Shown here: positions 13,698 to 28,377 of the stretch, in pieces
How positions within the stretch are numbered: position 1 is the first letter of the stretch
Layout: each line of letters opens with the position of its first letter
Assembly: GCA_976226885.1 (NCBI GenBank)
Contig: OZ320316.1
Coordinates: 59,582,001-59,646,000, forward strand
Direction: 5' to 3'
DNA from: Iphione sp. A-MEVVRFRX5
Lineage: Eukaryota
DNA length: 64,000 nt
Program-made: the position numbers and the translations under genes
The notes under the pieces: generated by a model
The model's input: the letters and a program-made list of their open reading frames with translations, nothing else
Databases searched by the model: none
What the model was told of the DNA's origin: nothing

Positions 13698-14343
13698 GCT
13701 TTAGTGTTTAGTAGTAAAATTATATGATGTTCAAACCCTTTCAGGTGCTCGGAGCCCCAAGGGGATACGGATACCAGAAAGGTTAGAATGATTTTTCAGA
13801 TGTAATGCAGGGATTGAAGGGGGATGGATGGAAGCGCAATCTTCCCGGCTGTTATGATTTCATCACAGAATGTTTGCTGGTGATTGATTAGGATAATACC
13901 AGTAGATGAAAAGAAGGAACGGACCGCGCCCGACTGTAAAGAGAATGCGATATGTGCAAGAAAAGTTCGTGCCAAAAGCCAGTAAAAGCAAGAAGGGTCA
14001 ATTTCGCTCTACGAATCGTGGCGGAGAGCCGCAAGAGGTGTGTGGGGCACGACAGGGCAAAGGTAATAAAGTGAGGGGAAACCGTGATCTACAACCCTCA
14101 GAGGAACACCACGGTTGTTTTGACCTGTTCATATCAATAGATGTGTGCTCTGCAGGGACCAGGCTCTTCGAAATAGAGACACGACAGAAAGTAGTGAGAA
14201 GGGTAAGTTTACAAGCTTAGTGGAAGTGGCATAATGGAAAGATGGTCACGCAAGGGATCACAGTGGAAGATTCACACATAAAAGCCGTGATTGTTGGTCT
14301 GTTTGTCTCTCTTCCTCTCTCACTGCCACAGAAATTAAGACCT

Positions 14344-14508
14344 NNNNNNNNNNNNNNNNNNNNNNNNNNNNNNNNNNNNNNNNNNNNNNNNNNNNNNNNN
14401 NNNNNNNNNNNNNNNNNNNNNNNNNNNNNNNNNNNNNNNNNNNNNNNNNNNNNNNNNNNNNNNNNNNNNNNNNNNNNNNNNNNNNNNNNNNNNNNNNNNN
14501 NNNNNNNN
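14344..14508. other. Assembly gap or masked run (165 N)
   Basis: Run of N. Confidence 0.99.
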
Positions 14509-15589
14509 GCTTCGTTCAAGCATTTCATATATCAAGATGAACTATGAGAGTAATGTACGGCTAGCTAGAAGTTGTCTGTTCGCTCATCACTTTCTTTACA
14601 CTCCCAAAGGGGAACGTTGCAAGTCGGGTCAATATACATTACATGTGTACTTCTTCACTAGCTCAAGACAGTGGTATCATACACTGTACTTGTAGCTGTT
14701 CGGGGTGCTGTAAAGATAAATAAAGGACGCAAGTAGCGACAGCGCAGGAATTTCCCGTAAAAAGCACTACGCTACTGATTTATTGAAAGGTGGCCTCGCG
14801 CATCATGCGAGCGAGACCGAGAGTGGCTCAGCACTGCAACGCAGTCCGAAATGTTACCAGCGAAATTATGTTTATCTCCACATGAATTGTTTTGTGCATC
14901 GGCGCGAACGATAAACACTCATCTTATCAATCATTTGTTGTCTCTACTTCGTTTTCCTTGTTCATTTATTGCCCAGACCTGCCCTCTTAAAGCTGATGTT
15001 TGGCTATCAGCAGCCAAGCTACTAACAAAATCACCTGATTGAGGCAGCTTGTGAACCCTTTATGCAGTCTGAGCTAGACGAAGGGCTCTACAGCTTGTAC
15101 ACAGACTCATTCATCATGTCCATGGGTTGAAAGACACTGCAAGACAAGCCGACTAGGCTCGTCGTCCAACCAGCATCTATGTGTGCGTACGTCTGTCAGG
15201 GGGTTTGAAGAGTTCTCTGACTGTAGCTGTTGTGAACCTGCAGTATCACTGTTCGGTTTCAAGTGCTTTGACTCTTGATGTTGGAGAGGTAGGGTCAAGG
15301 ATTTCCCCTGCTTGTGATAGGAACACCTGACGGACAGTAAACACTCCGTCTCGTCTTGGCTTCCGTCCAAACCGCGGGCTAGGTAGGACCAGTCGTCGCT
15401 GCAGTTGGCTAGCGCCGCTTTATGGCGCCTTAGAGGCCAATTAAAATACGGCAGAGCCAAAATGTCTGATGATAGTCTCACCAGATTAGACCCATTGTCT
15501 GCAAATAAATGAAGAGATGTTAAGGACAATTCACTCCACTGAGCGACTGCGTCTGTGTGTGCGTGTGAGTGTAGACTTTGAAGCCGCGA

Positions 15590-15743
15590 NNNNNNNNNNN
15601 NNNNNNNNNNNNNNNNNNNNNNNNNNNNNNNNNNNNNNNNNNNNNNNNNNNNNNNNNNNNNNNNNNNNNNNNNNNNNNNNNNNNNNNNNNNNNNNNNNNN
15701 NNNNNNNNNNNNNNNNNNNNNNNNNNNNNNNNNNNNNNNNNNN
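15590..15743. other. Assembly gap or masked run (154 N)
   Basis: Run of N. Confidence 0.99.
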
Positions 15744-18700
15744 NTGTTTGCAACCTTCTAACATCTTAAAGGCAGGGCCAAACACTATATATGGCTTCAA
15801 AATATTAATATTGGTGAACGACTGCATTCATTATTGTCAAATACATGTACGCCGTATATATATGCATGCATAGTTCAGTACTCTATGTATTATTCAGTAA
15901 TACATGTATAGAGACGAAATGTACATGTCGATTCTTGAGTCAGTGGTGAAAAATGAATTCAGTAACAACAGCAAGTTTGTGTTAACTTTGTACAAAGTGT
16001 GCCACAATTCACTCATATCACATAATTTACGATTGTTTCCTTTTGTATTTGCATACATATATAATGCACATACATGCATATACGTCCATACATGTATGTC
16101 AGTTCTCTCTCCTCCATTGGATTGCCCTGTGTAAACATGCATTGACACAGTGCTGTATTTGTACTGCACTACCTGAATTCATAAGTGTTTAGCAGGGATG
16201 TTTGAAAGAGAGGGCTACCATTACCAAAAGTTATATATCTTTACTGGCTCTGAAAATATTTTGCTTGCCTGCTTTCACATTGCCCAAGTTCCCTTTCACA
16301 AAAACTATACTAAGTAAGACCCATGACTACTAGATTAGATTTAACAATGCATGTGTGATAAACATGTTTAGGGAAGTAAGCCATTTCTTATGTACATCTG
16401 CATCGGTAATCACAAATTTTTTCATGTGACATAACTAAACTGTTGTGTTGATTTACATGTGTATTGTACGTGTACTTCTTAATTCTGTCCTGGACCTTGT
16501 ACTATTCCTGTATTTTCCAAATAGTTATAATCTTGGTTCTTTGTTTGCCTTTCAAATTACATAGATACTGCTGTTTGATGCTGGTATCAACTTCTATGTT
16601 TAGGGACAGGAACAAAATATGTACTTGCATACATGTATATGAATTGCTAATTGTATTCTGCTTGGAAGCTTTTCACATCCTAACGAGTGAAATACATGTA
16701 TATCACTCTACATTGTTAAAGTTGATGAACAGCCACGTCCATTATTGTGATATGCCCCATTAGATACACAGTGAACTCTCTATCGGATGTCTACCTCGGC
16801 AAACAGAGAGTGCTGAAAGAAGCCGTTTGTGGGTGCCTGTGTATTTATATGTTGCTTCCAGGAGAATGAAAGGCGCGCAGCACTCCGTGGAAAAGCCAAT
16901 AATTTATACACAGGGATAGTATCGCATGTCCAAATGAGCAGCTCAGAAGCGGGCAGTGTTTATGTATACCTCACACTACGCCTTGTCGGCCAGCAATGTA
17001 CTAGTGTCCTGTGTATATATACGGTGCACAGTGAAAAAAGCTGGTGAAGAGCGGGGCTATCACAGGAGGGTGTAATGGGAGAAGAGCGAAGAAGTATGTG
17101 TGTGAGTATTGGGTCCGTGCGATGGTTCAGGTATGTATGTGATGGGCATAACGGAGGGTCAGTGCTGTATGAGATGAACGAGGAGATCATTGGACTTGGT
17201 GGTAAGCCTGCCCGTAGCTTGGGCTAGCTCTCTGACAGATTCATTGCAGCTGTCAACGTGTGGGCGATAACGCTTCTTGTGCTTGGCAAAAGTTTGCTTC
17301 TTAACAAACTATAAAAGACTGATCACAGACTTAGACGGGAGGCAAATGGATATATACATACATTATAAATATTCTGGTCAGTGATCTACTAATGTTACTT
17401 ATGCTAGTGTTAGCTCGGGCAATGTGTTTGAATTGATTATTTATAACACTGGCGGACCTGAATTGGTTCATGATTTAACCTCTCCTCGAGAGCGGATTTG
17501 CATTTTTAAGGGGGGAGAGAGGTGTAAAATGACGGTTCCTGTCAGTGAAATTCCTTTTGATTAACACTGCCTTCTAAAAATGTAAACGAAATTTAGAATC
17601 GAAGGCAGACTATAGTCACTACATAGTAAAAGCGAGAAGCCAGCATCAGTATGTTTCAGTATACTTCCATTTTACGTTGTTTTTTAATGATACACAGCAG
17701 CTCAAAGTGCACACATTATCGTATTGTATGACATTTGATGGATTACACTGACATTTAAGCAGTAATACCTGTACAGACGTGCTGTAAACTCATAGAAGCA
17801 CACGTCGTCTTTTGTATTTGCGTACTCCTACAGAAAATGGGACTTTCATTTCGATCGACTATCAGCCTGTTTAATATAACAATTACAGAGTAGACAGTAT
17901 AAGAAATGATAGAATGTCTAGAGTGACTTTCAGCACAGTATTGTTACTCCTGTTCAAATATGTACTCATGTTTTGCGAAGGGACTTGAACAAGGAGCAAT
18001 TCATACTCACCACTGAGCAGCTCGCTCAGACACACGCCAGTAGTAGAGGCCTCGAATAGGGAAGGGGTCAAGGACACGACCACTGGCAGATTGGTCATGA
18101 TTGCGTGGTCGTAGAGATCAAAGCAAAGGCTGTCAGTAGGATCTGTGGAAACTGCCTCAACCTCTGTCGCATCCTCTCACGGCGATCTCCTTTTCTTCGG
18201 GGGTTGGGAGTGGGGCGGGGGGGGGGGAGACGAACACCTCAGGATACCACAAGTAATCATCTCATCAGGAGATGGGAACCATGTGTCTAGTTCAAACTGC
18301 GCTCATACAGGAAATCCAGTCCATTAAAATAAAGGGATTACGAATATCTGCCGCTCGTCGATCACGAGATTTGCAAACAACTTTCAATCACGTCGGGTTT
18401 TAAAACATTGACATGCAGGACGAGCTCTTTGTGTTGCTCAGCTATAATGGACATGTTCCGTAATGTGCAAATACATTACAGTATTTTAGCGTGTCAGAGT
18501 GTATTGATTTGATCCCTTTTAAGTAAACTGTTACCTGTTAAATGTATGTACGGACCGAATCGGCTCGGGCATGTTTACCACCGCCGCCCGGCCTCGTAAT
18601 GGTGGGGATCACTGACTTCGGTATTGTATCTACAGTATTTGCCACATTTTTGGGGGTTGGCGGTCGTCCCTGCCAAGTATCAATAAAAGCATTGCTACAA

Positions 18701-19459
18701 AGGGTAAAAAAAGAACTTTTTTTAAAAAGTGGAATTCGCTGTCACGGTTTCCATTAATGTCAAGGGAAAGGGTTTGTGTTTGCCCCGCCTAATTACAGTG
18801 TTAACACAGCCGGAGAGATTCGTTGTTATTTTAGCACAGACTATCTATGTTCCCAAGTCATTTATAGCGCTCAGTTAAACAACAGTAACTCTTACTTGTC
18901 AAAGTTTTAATAGAGTCACTGGAGAGCAGTGGGCTTCCGGTATGTCTAAAGCTTTTTTCTTGTCGTACTTCACTATTTGATGCTCATTGCGATACATTTA
19001 CGATGATTTGTTGACTTGTACTTCTTGTTATGTCGATGAAAGTCTTTACCACTCCGATACCTTGCTGGAAATATTAAATTAGCGAGTGTCGATAGTCTGT
19101 ATGTTTGCGCAGTCTCAAATGTAGCCTGAAATTGCTGATACATGTACTGCGGCACTGCCTTTACCTTTTTGTCCCCCGCCTCATAGAGGGGGGGACATTA
19201 GGAATGCTGCCAGCTGGTGTCCCGACCATCCGTCACACTCTTGTGGGTCTTATAAGTCTTAAACCCTTCACTCAAAAAAACTGATTTTAATATATGATAT
19301 TGGTATATATGGCCCCATGGCACTGGGTAATTTTGGTAGTAATTCAAATATTTTGAAGGTGAAATTATGCCAATTTTACTCTTTTCCTAACACACTTACA
19401 AACATACATACCTGGTTCAGGGGTTCCTAGGTCTGACAATGCACATACATACACACTCA

Positions 19460-19560
19460 GTGCTCAGTCATGCAGAACCGAGGGTTTGTAGCAGTCTGGT
19501 GCTCAGTGAGGCAGAACCGAGGGGGCTGTGCCCGTTCAGGCAGAACCGAGAGTTGTAAAC
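19460..19560. repeat. Three-copy degenerate minisatellite
   Basis: Core GCAGAACCGAG occurs three times, each preceded by GTGCTCAGT/GTGCCCGTT-like sequence; unit about 29-39 bp. Confidence 0.8.
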
Positions 19561-19638
19561 CTGAAGGACTTAAACAAGTCTAGCCAACTACCCCCAAAAC
19601 AAGCTGCCAATCAAGGTGGTTGTAAGGAGACAGACACT

Positions 19639-19666
19639 ACACACACACACACACCCACGCGCGCAC

Positions 19667-19703
<37 letters not shown>

Positions 19704-19741
19704 GATAGACAGACAGACAGACTGTTGATGTTGATGTTGAT
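19639..19741. repeat. Compound microsatellite (AC)n-(GC)n-(AG)n-(AGAC)n-(TGTTGA)3
   Basis: Read directly; ends about 105 nt upstream of the ERR hinge-exon acceptor. Confidence 0.95.
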
Positions 19742-19846
19742 GGCGGGGGACAATAGACCTCACAGGTCCACACTCTTGTTTTCTTTTGTTTCTTGTTGTG
19801 GTCGATTTTCCATTATGTTTAGGGATTTTCTTCTTTTCTTCTGTAG

Positions 19847-19957
19847 GTGTGAGGCTAGATCGAGTGCGAGGTGGTCGGCAGAAGTACAAGCGGAGTCCGG
19901 AGCAGCCTCCTGTCGCCATCACCCAAAGCACACCGGTGAAGAAGCAGTCCATAGAAA
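19847..19957 (+). CDS. ERR: Estrogen-related receptor, exon encoding T/A-box and hinge
   Basis: ctgtag|GT GTG AGG...ATA GAA A|gtaagt; 111 nt; (G)VRLDRVRGGRQKYKRSPEQPPVAITQSTPVKKQSIE. VRLDRVRGGRQKYKR is the ERR-diagnostic C-terminal extension of the DBD. Confidence 0.97.
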
Positions 19958-22227
19958 GTAAGTCCCTTCTAGTAGTGTTAAATGCTTTTGAAACGTTGTC
20001 ATTCTTGTCATCAAAGCCCCAAAAGTGAGTACATTATTATTATCTTTCGGAATGGGGATCCAGATAAGAAACAGCAGGCCTTGCTTGGGAATTGTCCATT
20101 ACCTTTGCTGTTACTATAATGGGGCCAATGTCTTGAGGACCAGACAGGTTTGAGCAGCACCAATTGCTTACCGCCCCCCCCCCGCGCTTCTCCCATTCAG
20201 TACAGTAACCAAATATCACTAGCGCCTATGCAAGTGACCAAATCACCAACAGCACGGACTAGTTCTGCACCGCAGGTTCCGCAGAGTATCGGTATTATTA
20301 GCATTTAATGTTTGAATTTGGAGATATATGTGGTCAAATTATCTGGAGATTAAACTCATTGGTATCGAATGTTTTACCTAAAAATAGCTTTAAAAAGATA
20401 AAGTGATACATCTCAACAGTAGCCCCCGGAAGTAATCAGAATTTTAGAAATGTAAGAGACTTAAGCGAAAGTACGGTGAGTTCAACATAGATAATTAAAA
20501 AAGAAAGGAAAGAAAAGCTAAAAAAAGAATACAGGCAAACGGTGGGCGGGATATAGAGCAGCGTCAAGGTAGTGATGATTTCACAAGGTCTGCGGTACTG
20601 TTAAGATTATTTTTTGACATTGTGTCTTTAAAATACAAGAGTAAATAAATTCCATAGATGCAGTAAATATGGCAAGAATTTGTAGATTATCTAGGATATG
20701 AACAAAAACTCGATCTAACCTTGTAGAATAGCCCGCTCCACCTAACATAAGAGAATAATCCCATGTCAGCTTCGTATAATTAATTATTATGGGTTAATTT
20801 GCTGGTTTTCGGGTTTTTTTTTAAATGTTTTTGTTCACAGATTACATTTTGGGTTAGTTAACAGCAGGGGCCAATCCGCACTAGGGACTTCAAAAAAAGG
20901 TTTTTCTTATCCCCGTCTTAGTATTAAGGAATCAATCCATTTCATTTCGAAAATCTTGATCTTATCTGACACTAGATAACTTGTCTGGTCTCGTGTTCAG
21001 TTTGTGAAGGTGCCTCTTAGTCTACGGTAGGAGAATAGTTACACTATCAGCCTATGACGCAAAACAATTTGGAAATTTATATAAGTTTCGGATAATAATG
21101 TATACGATGTCAGGAGATCATTTAGATTAACAATCGTACTTTACTGTATTTTTATATCACAATAACGTGTTTAATAAAAGAAGTCTTGTAATTTTTATGA
21201 ACCAACGATAGTAATTCCCTTCCAGTAACCAAGCTAATACACATGTACATATGTATGTTTTCTTTCCTTGTTGATATCAATCCCAGAGCACTAACGACCT
21301 CCCGCTTGAGTGGGAGGATGCCTTCTGATTGTGGGGTTAATCGAGTCCTGTCCATTGCGTGTGCCTCAAAGGCATAATAACGTTCTTAGTGTGATGGTGT
21401 GACATGTCACTCGAGACGGTGCTACGGCTAATTAGTGCTTTCTCTGCAGGAGTAACATACATGGGATGTATGTCCAAGTGTAGCACATGTATTTGCTATG
21501 GGTGGCTATGGCGGAGGTGTCCTGGCGGTTCAAAAGACGGGACGGTCTTTAGAGGGGGAGGAAGTGTTTACGTAGGCGGTATTAAACGTGCCTCGTGCCG
21601 CCTGTGGTGCCATCTGTCGATCACCCACCCATCCCCAGTCCCAACCACTTTACTTGTCTAGCGACCTTTAAAACAAATGTGTCAGCAAGTTAATTAATCG
21701 GGAGATGGGAGTCATTAGTGGCGAGCGGCGCTATTCTGACCACGTGCCTAAAGCAGCACTGACCGATTAGAAGATCGGCCAGTATTTGCAGGAACGAGCG
21801 ATTTTTCCTCCCTTTGCCCAACCCCCAACCCCCAGACCCCCGCTGGCTTCGCTCCATCGTTCAGCCCACATCCTCCTAAATGCTAGCACTCATAAAAATT
21901 AGCTGTTTCAGCAGAGAACATGACGTACCGTTAAAACTTGGGTTCCTAGTTGGACAGTGTTAAATACTGCGTGCCCCTTTACAGAGGCCGTCTCTCTACC
22001 GAAAGGTTGGTGATGGTCATATCGGTTCTGACGCTTTAATTCCCGCTAAGCTCACTTAATGTTACCAGTCTTTCATATCTGAATGATGACATTACCGGAG
22101 GCTGTTTACCAAGAGGCAGTAATGCCAATGAAGAAGCAGGAATGTCCCAACCAGCCCGGGGAATTCAAACGGCTTCAGTGTTAACGAGGAAGATGCACAG
22201 GTTTCTTTCTTCCTTCGGGTGGGCGGA

Positions 22228-22247
22228 GGCGGCGGCGGCGGCGGCGG
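22228..22247. repeat. (GGC)n microsatellite
   Basis: GGCGGCGGCGGCGGCGGCGG. Confidence 0.9.
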
Positions 22248-22409
22248 AGACGTGAGATTTGTAGTCTACGAAGTCGGGGTATGGGGCCTCCACAACTGAT
22301 TAGACAACTAGGCTAATAATCACGTTACGATTTTCACTGTCATTCTCCTTTCTGAAGCCGCATCAACGTCTTCGTAATGGTCTCCCCGTCTTAGTACAGA
22401 TCTGTAACC

Positions 22410-22454
22410 TGTAAATGTAAATGTAAATGCTGCTGCTGCTGCTGCTGCTGCTGC
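22410..22454. repeat. (TGTAAA)3 followed by (TGC)9
   Basis: Read directly; explains the poly-Leu start of ORF 22427-22735. Confidence 0.92.
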
Positions 22455-25400
22455 AGGAGGTAATAGTCAGTTATGTGATGTCTAGACCAATACTGTATCG
22501 ATGTCACCTTGCACTACTGGCCACTTCAAACCTCAGGCTAGCACTCAACAGGCATGAAGCAGCGTTTTCCCCTTTTCAGGTTTTATCCACCGCATTGAAT
22601 AGCCCAATGGACTGTAGTGGCCCCTGGTCGGGGTCCCCAGGTGCGTCCTCAGCGGACAAGGTTAGAATGGGTTGTGATAGGAACGTGTCCAGCATAGCCC
22701 AGGCTTGTGGAGGAAGGCGGGAACTTGGTCGCTGATGGAGTAGGGTGGAGGGGAGTCTGGGGGAGCTGCCGAGAGCCTGCCGGGCTACTCGACACAAGGA
22801 ACTGCACCAAGCAATAATGTCCTCCACTGGCGGGAGTTGCCACCGCATACCTACTTGCCTACCTCCCGCCCCTCCGAACACACACACCTGAGCGGCATGG
22901 TTCTGATCCCCTGCCAGGTTACCAACCACCCACTGGCGGGAACGACGGGCCGTGCAGGGCGCGCGGGGCAGACTGTCTGCGCGGACGTCAAGCGGCGTAT
23001 TCTAATTCCCATATGAGACTACCAGCGATATTCAAGAGGCATAATAAAGTTATATTAATCGTCATTAACATAACGATTACCTCCTAGAGGCATATGGAAT
23101 GGACTCTCTTCTCATGAAAGCGCCCGTTGCATGTCGTTGTGTCATGAACAGTCACTCGGATTCAGTCGTTCGTAATCCTTCTGGTACAGACACTCACGCA
23201 CAATTATCCAGTCACAGTCCGGTAAAGGCACTACAGTCTTTTAACTGCTTTTGGAGGACCAATACATAGCAGGCTACGACCCCGCCCTTCTCTTAAGCAT
23301 CCTACATGTGTTCACGCTATCATCTTAACCAATACTGAATTTATCAGAATAACACTTTCTACCTGGTACACTCTTAACATTATAATCTATTATCTCTGTA
23401 CAGAATCGGCACACAAAAACGCATTCATCTATTTTACAAGTCAGCTTTGAAAGAAACGATAGTGACGATTTGCTGTAGGGTGTGGCAAAGTGAAGCGTGC
23501 TTGTTCACCTGAGTGCAAGTACCAGGCGTTTTGACGGCCGCAGGAGGCAGGCGGCACCTCAGTGGTGTTTCCTTCGTCTCCGCCACAGGGTCAAAAGAGG
23601 TTTGGAACGAACTCCGCAAAGGAAGTGATTTACGCAGAACAACCCATTTATTGGCCTGCCAAGCTTGGCGTTTTCTTTGCGTCGAGCGGCCTTGGCATGT
23701 AGGCCCCTTGCCCGCGTATCCATCCGGCTACGGACATCCTCGATTTGGGGACCCTGGGTGTGAGCACGTCGACTAGGAACGCTCAAATATAGTGTTCTTC
23801 CTCATCTAATCATGTTTTGAATGACCGTTAAAAAAAGAAAATGTGACATTTGTATAGTTGCATATATGTTCGTCTGAATAGATTTAAGGGTCAACCCTGC
23901 TCTTAAATGCAATATAATCCACTTGAAGCCTGCATTCGACCGTTTTAGCCGAGTTGATGATGAACATCCTTGTTGTCTTTACTGTTAACTACCTGTACAT
24001 GTGAAATGAGTTCTGTTGTATTTTCTTTTCACAACCCCTTTAACATAATAGTTTTTTTTTCTTTTTACCATGAATCCCCTTCTTGTGCAACATTAGTGCA
24101 GTAACAAAGGAATAGAATTGAAGTAATCGGAATGATGTTCTCGGCACGGGCATTCCAAGAACATGTTGGGAAACGGTGCATCTCCTTTCGATCGTCGGAC
24201 GCGTCTAGACTGCTTTCCTCAACAGCTCCACGTGTTTCAAAAAAAGAGAGGAAAAGTCATAAGATAAATACAATGTTGTATCTGTTGAAGTATGTGGCTA
24301 TCGTAGACTACACACAATATACAGCTTCCCCTTAACGCAAAACATGTGCGAATATTTATTATCTTCCTGCATTTATATATATTTGCCACGTTTTCTGGCT
24401 TAGGTACGCATTTACGCCAAGTTGTGCCGAAATGTTCCTTAGTCTTTATAGGCACAGTTGCAGAGTTGCAGCGTTAGGCTAGCTGTTCGCAGTTAACATG
24501 TTATGAGGTGTTGAGTGTACGAAAACCTCCCTTGGAGTTTGACCCTGAAGCGTGATTTATGTATTTTATTTGTTAAGCGTCCTATATATTGATGTGTGTA
24601 TGTCTGTATGTTTGCCTCATTTAGAAATCGTGAACCCGCTCTTTAAGGTGAACTTAGAGCGCTACAGGAAATCAGTTCTGTAATGCCATAAATATGTCGG
24701 CAAGAAGTTCACCTGAGTCCAAATAAGTAAATGAGATCGGAATACTGATACTTGAAAGATCGTTTTCCTGTTTACTTGGCCGTTATTCAAAGGGAGGACC
24801 TGATCGGACATCACTTGTGGCTCCGATTAGAAGGTATCCAACTTTATACATGGACTTCTTCATGGACCATGTGACATGCATTGCCGTGTACAATTCCCTT
24901 AAACGAGGGCGTTTTATGCATGACTTACCGCCACCAGTCGGGCACCAGTTGTGTTGGGCCGCAGACCCACATATAAGTTCTTGATTGATGTGGTCTTAAT
25001 ATAATGGGCAACTGGATACACAGAGAATGATATACTTGTCTAGCTGACTGTTGTAGGGAGAGGGGACCACGTTCGGAACGGTCGAGTTCTTGCCCCCCTG
25101 TATGTAGTATTCAGTACTCTCCGCACCATCGTAACATGGATGCCAACATTCACCACGACAGGTGTAATTGGCTTACCTGTGTGTCGAGAGCCTGTAATAT
25201 TTGCATTGGGCCAGCCTTGGTTGACACAGGAAAGTTGTTTCCATGGTGGGGTGTTATTTATGAAGTGATTGTATTGAAAGCATCAAACAGTAGATCGCTT
25301 TTGAACGATTTAAACGCGACTTAATAACTTAACTATCCAGAACTGACTCCAGCTTTATGTAAGTAACATTTTTATCTAGGGATGATGCATATACCGATGT

Positions 25401-28227
25401 TGTACTTGGGTGTAAGTGATGCCAGAGGGAAACTTGAGGAGCCAGCATCTTATTAGAGGTGTAGGGTCTCTTCCGAGGTGGTGATGCGATTGAGGTGGAC
25501 AGGCACTAGCTCTGTCGTCCGCCTCGCCTCGCACCTGGTGAGGATCCACCGCCGGGAGATGGAGGAGGTTGGGCGAGCCTTTGGCTGGCGGCAATGTGAG
25601 CATGACACGTTGATGACACGTGGTAGCGGCAGGCCAGGTCGTGCCCGCTCCATCTGGTTTACATCCTCCCGCCGCCCACGGGGCACTTGTGCCTCCAGCG
25701 ATGGCAGCGGCGGTGGCATCTTGCCTCCCCCTACCCTTAACTGCACCGACTTTGGAGTTTGGGCCAGAATTGGAACCTACAACCTTCCCGAATACCCTTG
25801 CCGCAGGCAGATCCTTGCGTACAGGTCGGTTCGCCCTCAGCTAGTGTCTAGTGAGGACTACGAGTATACCTCGGTGTCAGTCACCAGCTGGTTGAGAAGT
25901 GTTCGTAGCTGTAGGCTCTGTTAAATGGTTGTAAAGTAGCACCACAGCCTGGCTTAACCTTACGACAAGTGACCTTGTGTGGTAGTAAATAAGTCACCCC
26001 GACGTCCGTAAAAACATTCACAGCTTCTCTTCCAAAACTTTCCGACGTTTTATCTCCTTCCACCTGTCATATTTAGCATCCGACCTCCCGCAGCTATATA
26101 CATGTACATACATACATGTATTTGTTACGTGACCCAGACAGCATTGCTATGGGGTTTCATTATGTAGAAATTGTATTCACGTGGAAGTTTGATATCAGGG
26201 CATAATTTGGGACGGCCAGTGTCGTATCGTTACCTCGTGAAGATGTCATTGGAAACAAGATCCATATATACGCCACCTAGGAAATCGAATTGTACATGGC
26301 TGCAACAGGGAAGATTGGTCCTGCCTGGTAATTATTCGAGCAATATGGTCGCATCGGGTAGCTTACAAACGCACGGGCTGCGAGTTTCATGTGATGTATG
26401 GATGCCGCAAGTTATGACATGACGGCCGTTAGGGACTGGTCGCAGCAGGCCATAAAGATCGTTGGGAACACCTGTAGCGAGGGCCGCCCGCTCGGTGGAA
26501 GGCTGCCATAGTAAACAAACGACCCCGGCGGAAGCTACCGACCTCGGCTGTAGCACACCACAAGACACCAGGTGGCGGGGGGCGTGTGCCGAGATCTGGG
26601 TTGCATCTTCTGGGACGTATCCTAAATGTTCCCCTCTTCTTTCTCCCTTTCATTACCTTTCCCCTCTCTCAACATACGCACACACATACACGAGGTCACA
26701 GAGATCCTCTGCTTGGGAAAAAAACATAAACTCACACTGGAGGCGCCACTTGCACCCACAACGTTTGGCATCAGTATTCCTTCTGGGATCTCTTTCCTGG
26801 CCGAGGAAGCCCGGACTATATTAGAAGGTGCGGGCCTCACAAAAATAGAGGTGAACGATCCTCTGTACCGGAAGTGAACTTTACGGGTCTTGTAAGGCGT
26901 TCTCTGTCATGAGATACAGGAATTCATGTACATGCAGTCTTTTACAACAAAAGGAAAATAGTAGTGGATACAATTAAGATTTGGTTTTGCATTTCCTATA
27001 GCCTATTATTTCGAATATATAATCCTGTTCTAGAGGGTAGTTCTATCCAAGGCGTCTTATTGAGGTTTTCGTAGAAGTATCAACAGAGTCCCGGCGTCAA
27101 AGGCGCAGTACTCTACTGGTCGACTGACTTTTCCGCTGAACAGAAACTGGAAAAAAAAGAGTTAAAGGTGATTTCTGAAAGGTAATGTGATAAGATAATG
27201 TTACTTTCTTTTAAAGTCCGGATAAAATTGACTCATTTAAAAACTTTTCGCCTTTTATAAGAAGTACAGATAACGTTCGGACAACCCAAGTGGCTCCAGT
27301 ACCTTTAGTGTCCAGCTGCCTTCGAGTCAACAAGGCTGTTAGCTAGAGGGTACACTAAAGGTTGGGTACCATCGTGACGGCTGCACTTGGCAAGGCAATT
27401 CATGGGTGCAGCAGGCACGATCCTGCTTACAGAGTGTGTGTAAGCCCCACTCCCTCCATGAGGTCACCCTGAGAGTGAGGGGCAGCATTGTAAGCACGGA
27501 CGTTGAGATGCCGAGAGCCCGTCGTGGCAAGATAGCCCGCCTTACCGCAACGACTGCAATGCGGGTCTGAGTGATCCCACAGTAATGAATGGGCCTCCCA
27601 CCAACACCTTATTGATGACATCTCGTCAGAAAGGGTTACGTGAACTAGCAGAGGGCACAGCAAACAACGCGCAGTGAACCGAACCCTCTCAAGAAGGCTT
27701 GGTGATGAAAACAGCGTCTTTTTAAGAAGCCACACTAACGCTGCATGATTGCTGTCATTTCCATAAAACCGAAAGCGATTCCTTTATAACTGGCATGCAA
27801 GAAAAAAGGTGGAAGCTCTTTTTCCCCATCCAGTGCCTTTAGGAACGTGCTTCCTTACCACGGAAACATTTCCCGCCGATATTGACATCCGTTGATAAGC
27901 CTTAAAGAGCGCAAGCCTTTGAAACTTTAACAGCGGGCTAAATAATTAATTACGGTACTTTCCGCTTTAAATAGATCCACTCGATCATTATTCATTATGG
28001 GCTATACAGACAAATGGGTTCGCTCCGGATTGCCCGTCGGGGCTCTATTGATGGCTATATGTATGAAGTTACGTTCAAGTGATGAAGCAAAGGGAAGTCT
28101 GGTGGAATGCTTGTCAATTAATAAACATTTACTTGAGTACCTTTTCACATAGTACCAGTAAAAAGAAAACTGGCTAGTCTGTCGATGTAGCATTGGATGC
28201 TCTTGTTTATATTCAAGTGACAAAAGC

Positions 28228-28377
28228 ATGTAGAGGACGCGTGTATGTATGATGAAGATAACTTGTACTTTCCCTTTCACCGGTGTAGCTCTTCACAAAG
28301 TACCAGAAGAATGTAGAGTAGTTGTGTACGTGTATGTATCATGAGGATGACTTGTACTTTCCCCTTCACTGCTGTAG
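28228..28377 (+). repeat. Diverged tandem duplication of a polypyrimidine/AG acceptor-like unit upstream of the ERR LBD exon
   Basis: Copy 1 (28228-28288) ATGTAGAG..CGTGTATGTATGATGAAGATAACTTGTACTTTCCCTTTCACCGGTGTAG; copy 2 (28311-28377) ATGTAGAG..CGTGTATGTATCATGAGGATGACTTGTACTTTCCCCTTCACTGCTGTAG. Confidence 0.85.

Noticed and set aside
22561-22602. Strong-looking acceptor TTTTCCCCTTTTCAG inside intron 19958-28434
   Set aside because: In the ERR phase it reads SFIHRIE then stop, and the flanking exons already join at conserved length. Nothing beyond the motif supports a poison exon.
26565-26577. CTCF-like ACACCAGGTGGCG (and weaker matches near 6971 and 50196)
   Set aside because: Single imperfect motif matches are at chance level without ChIP data.
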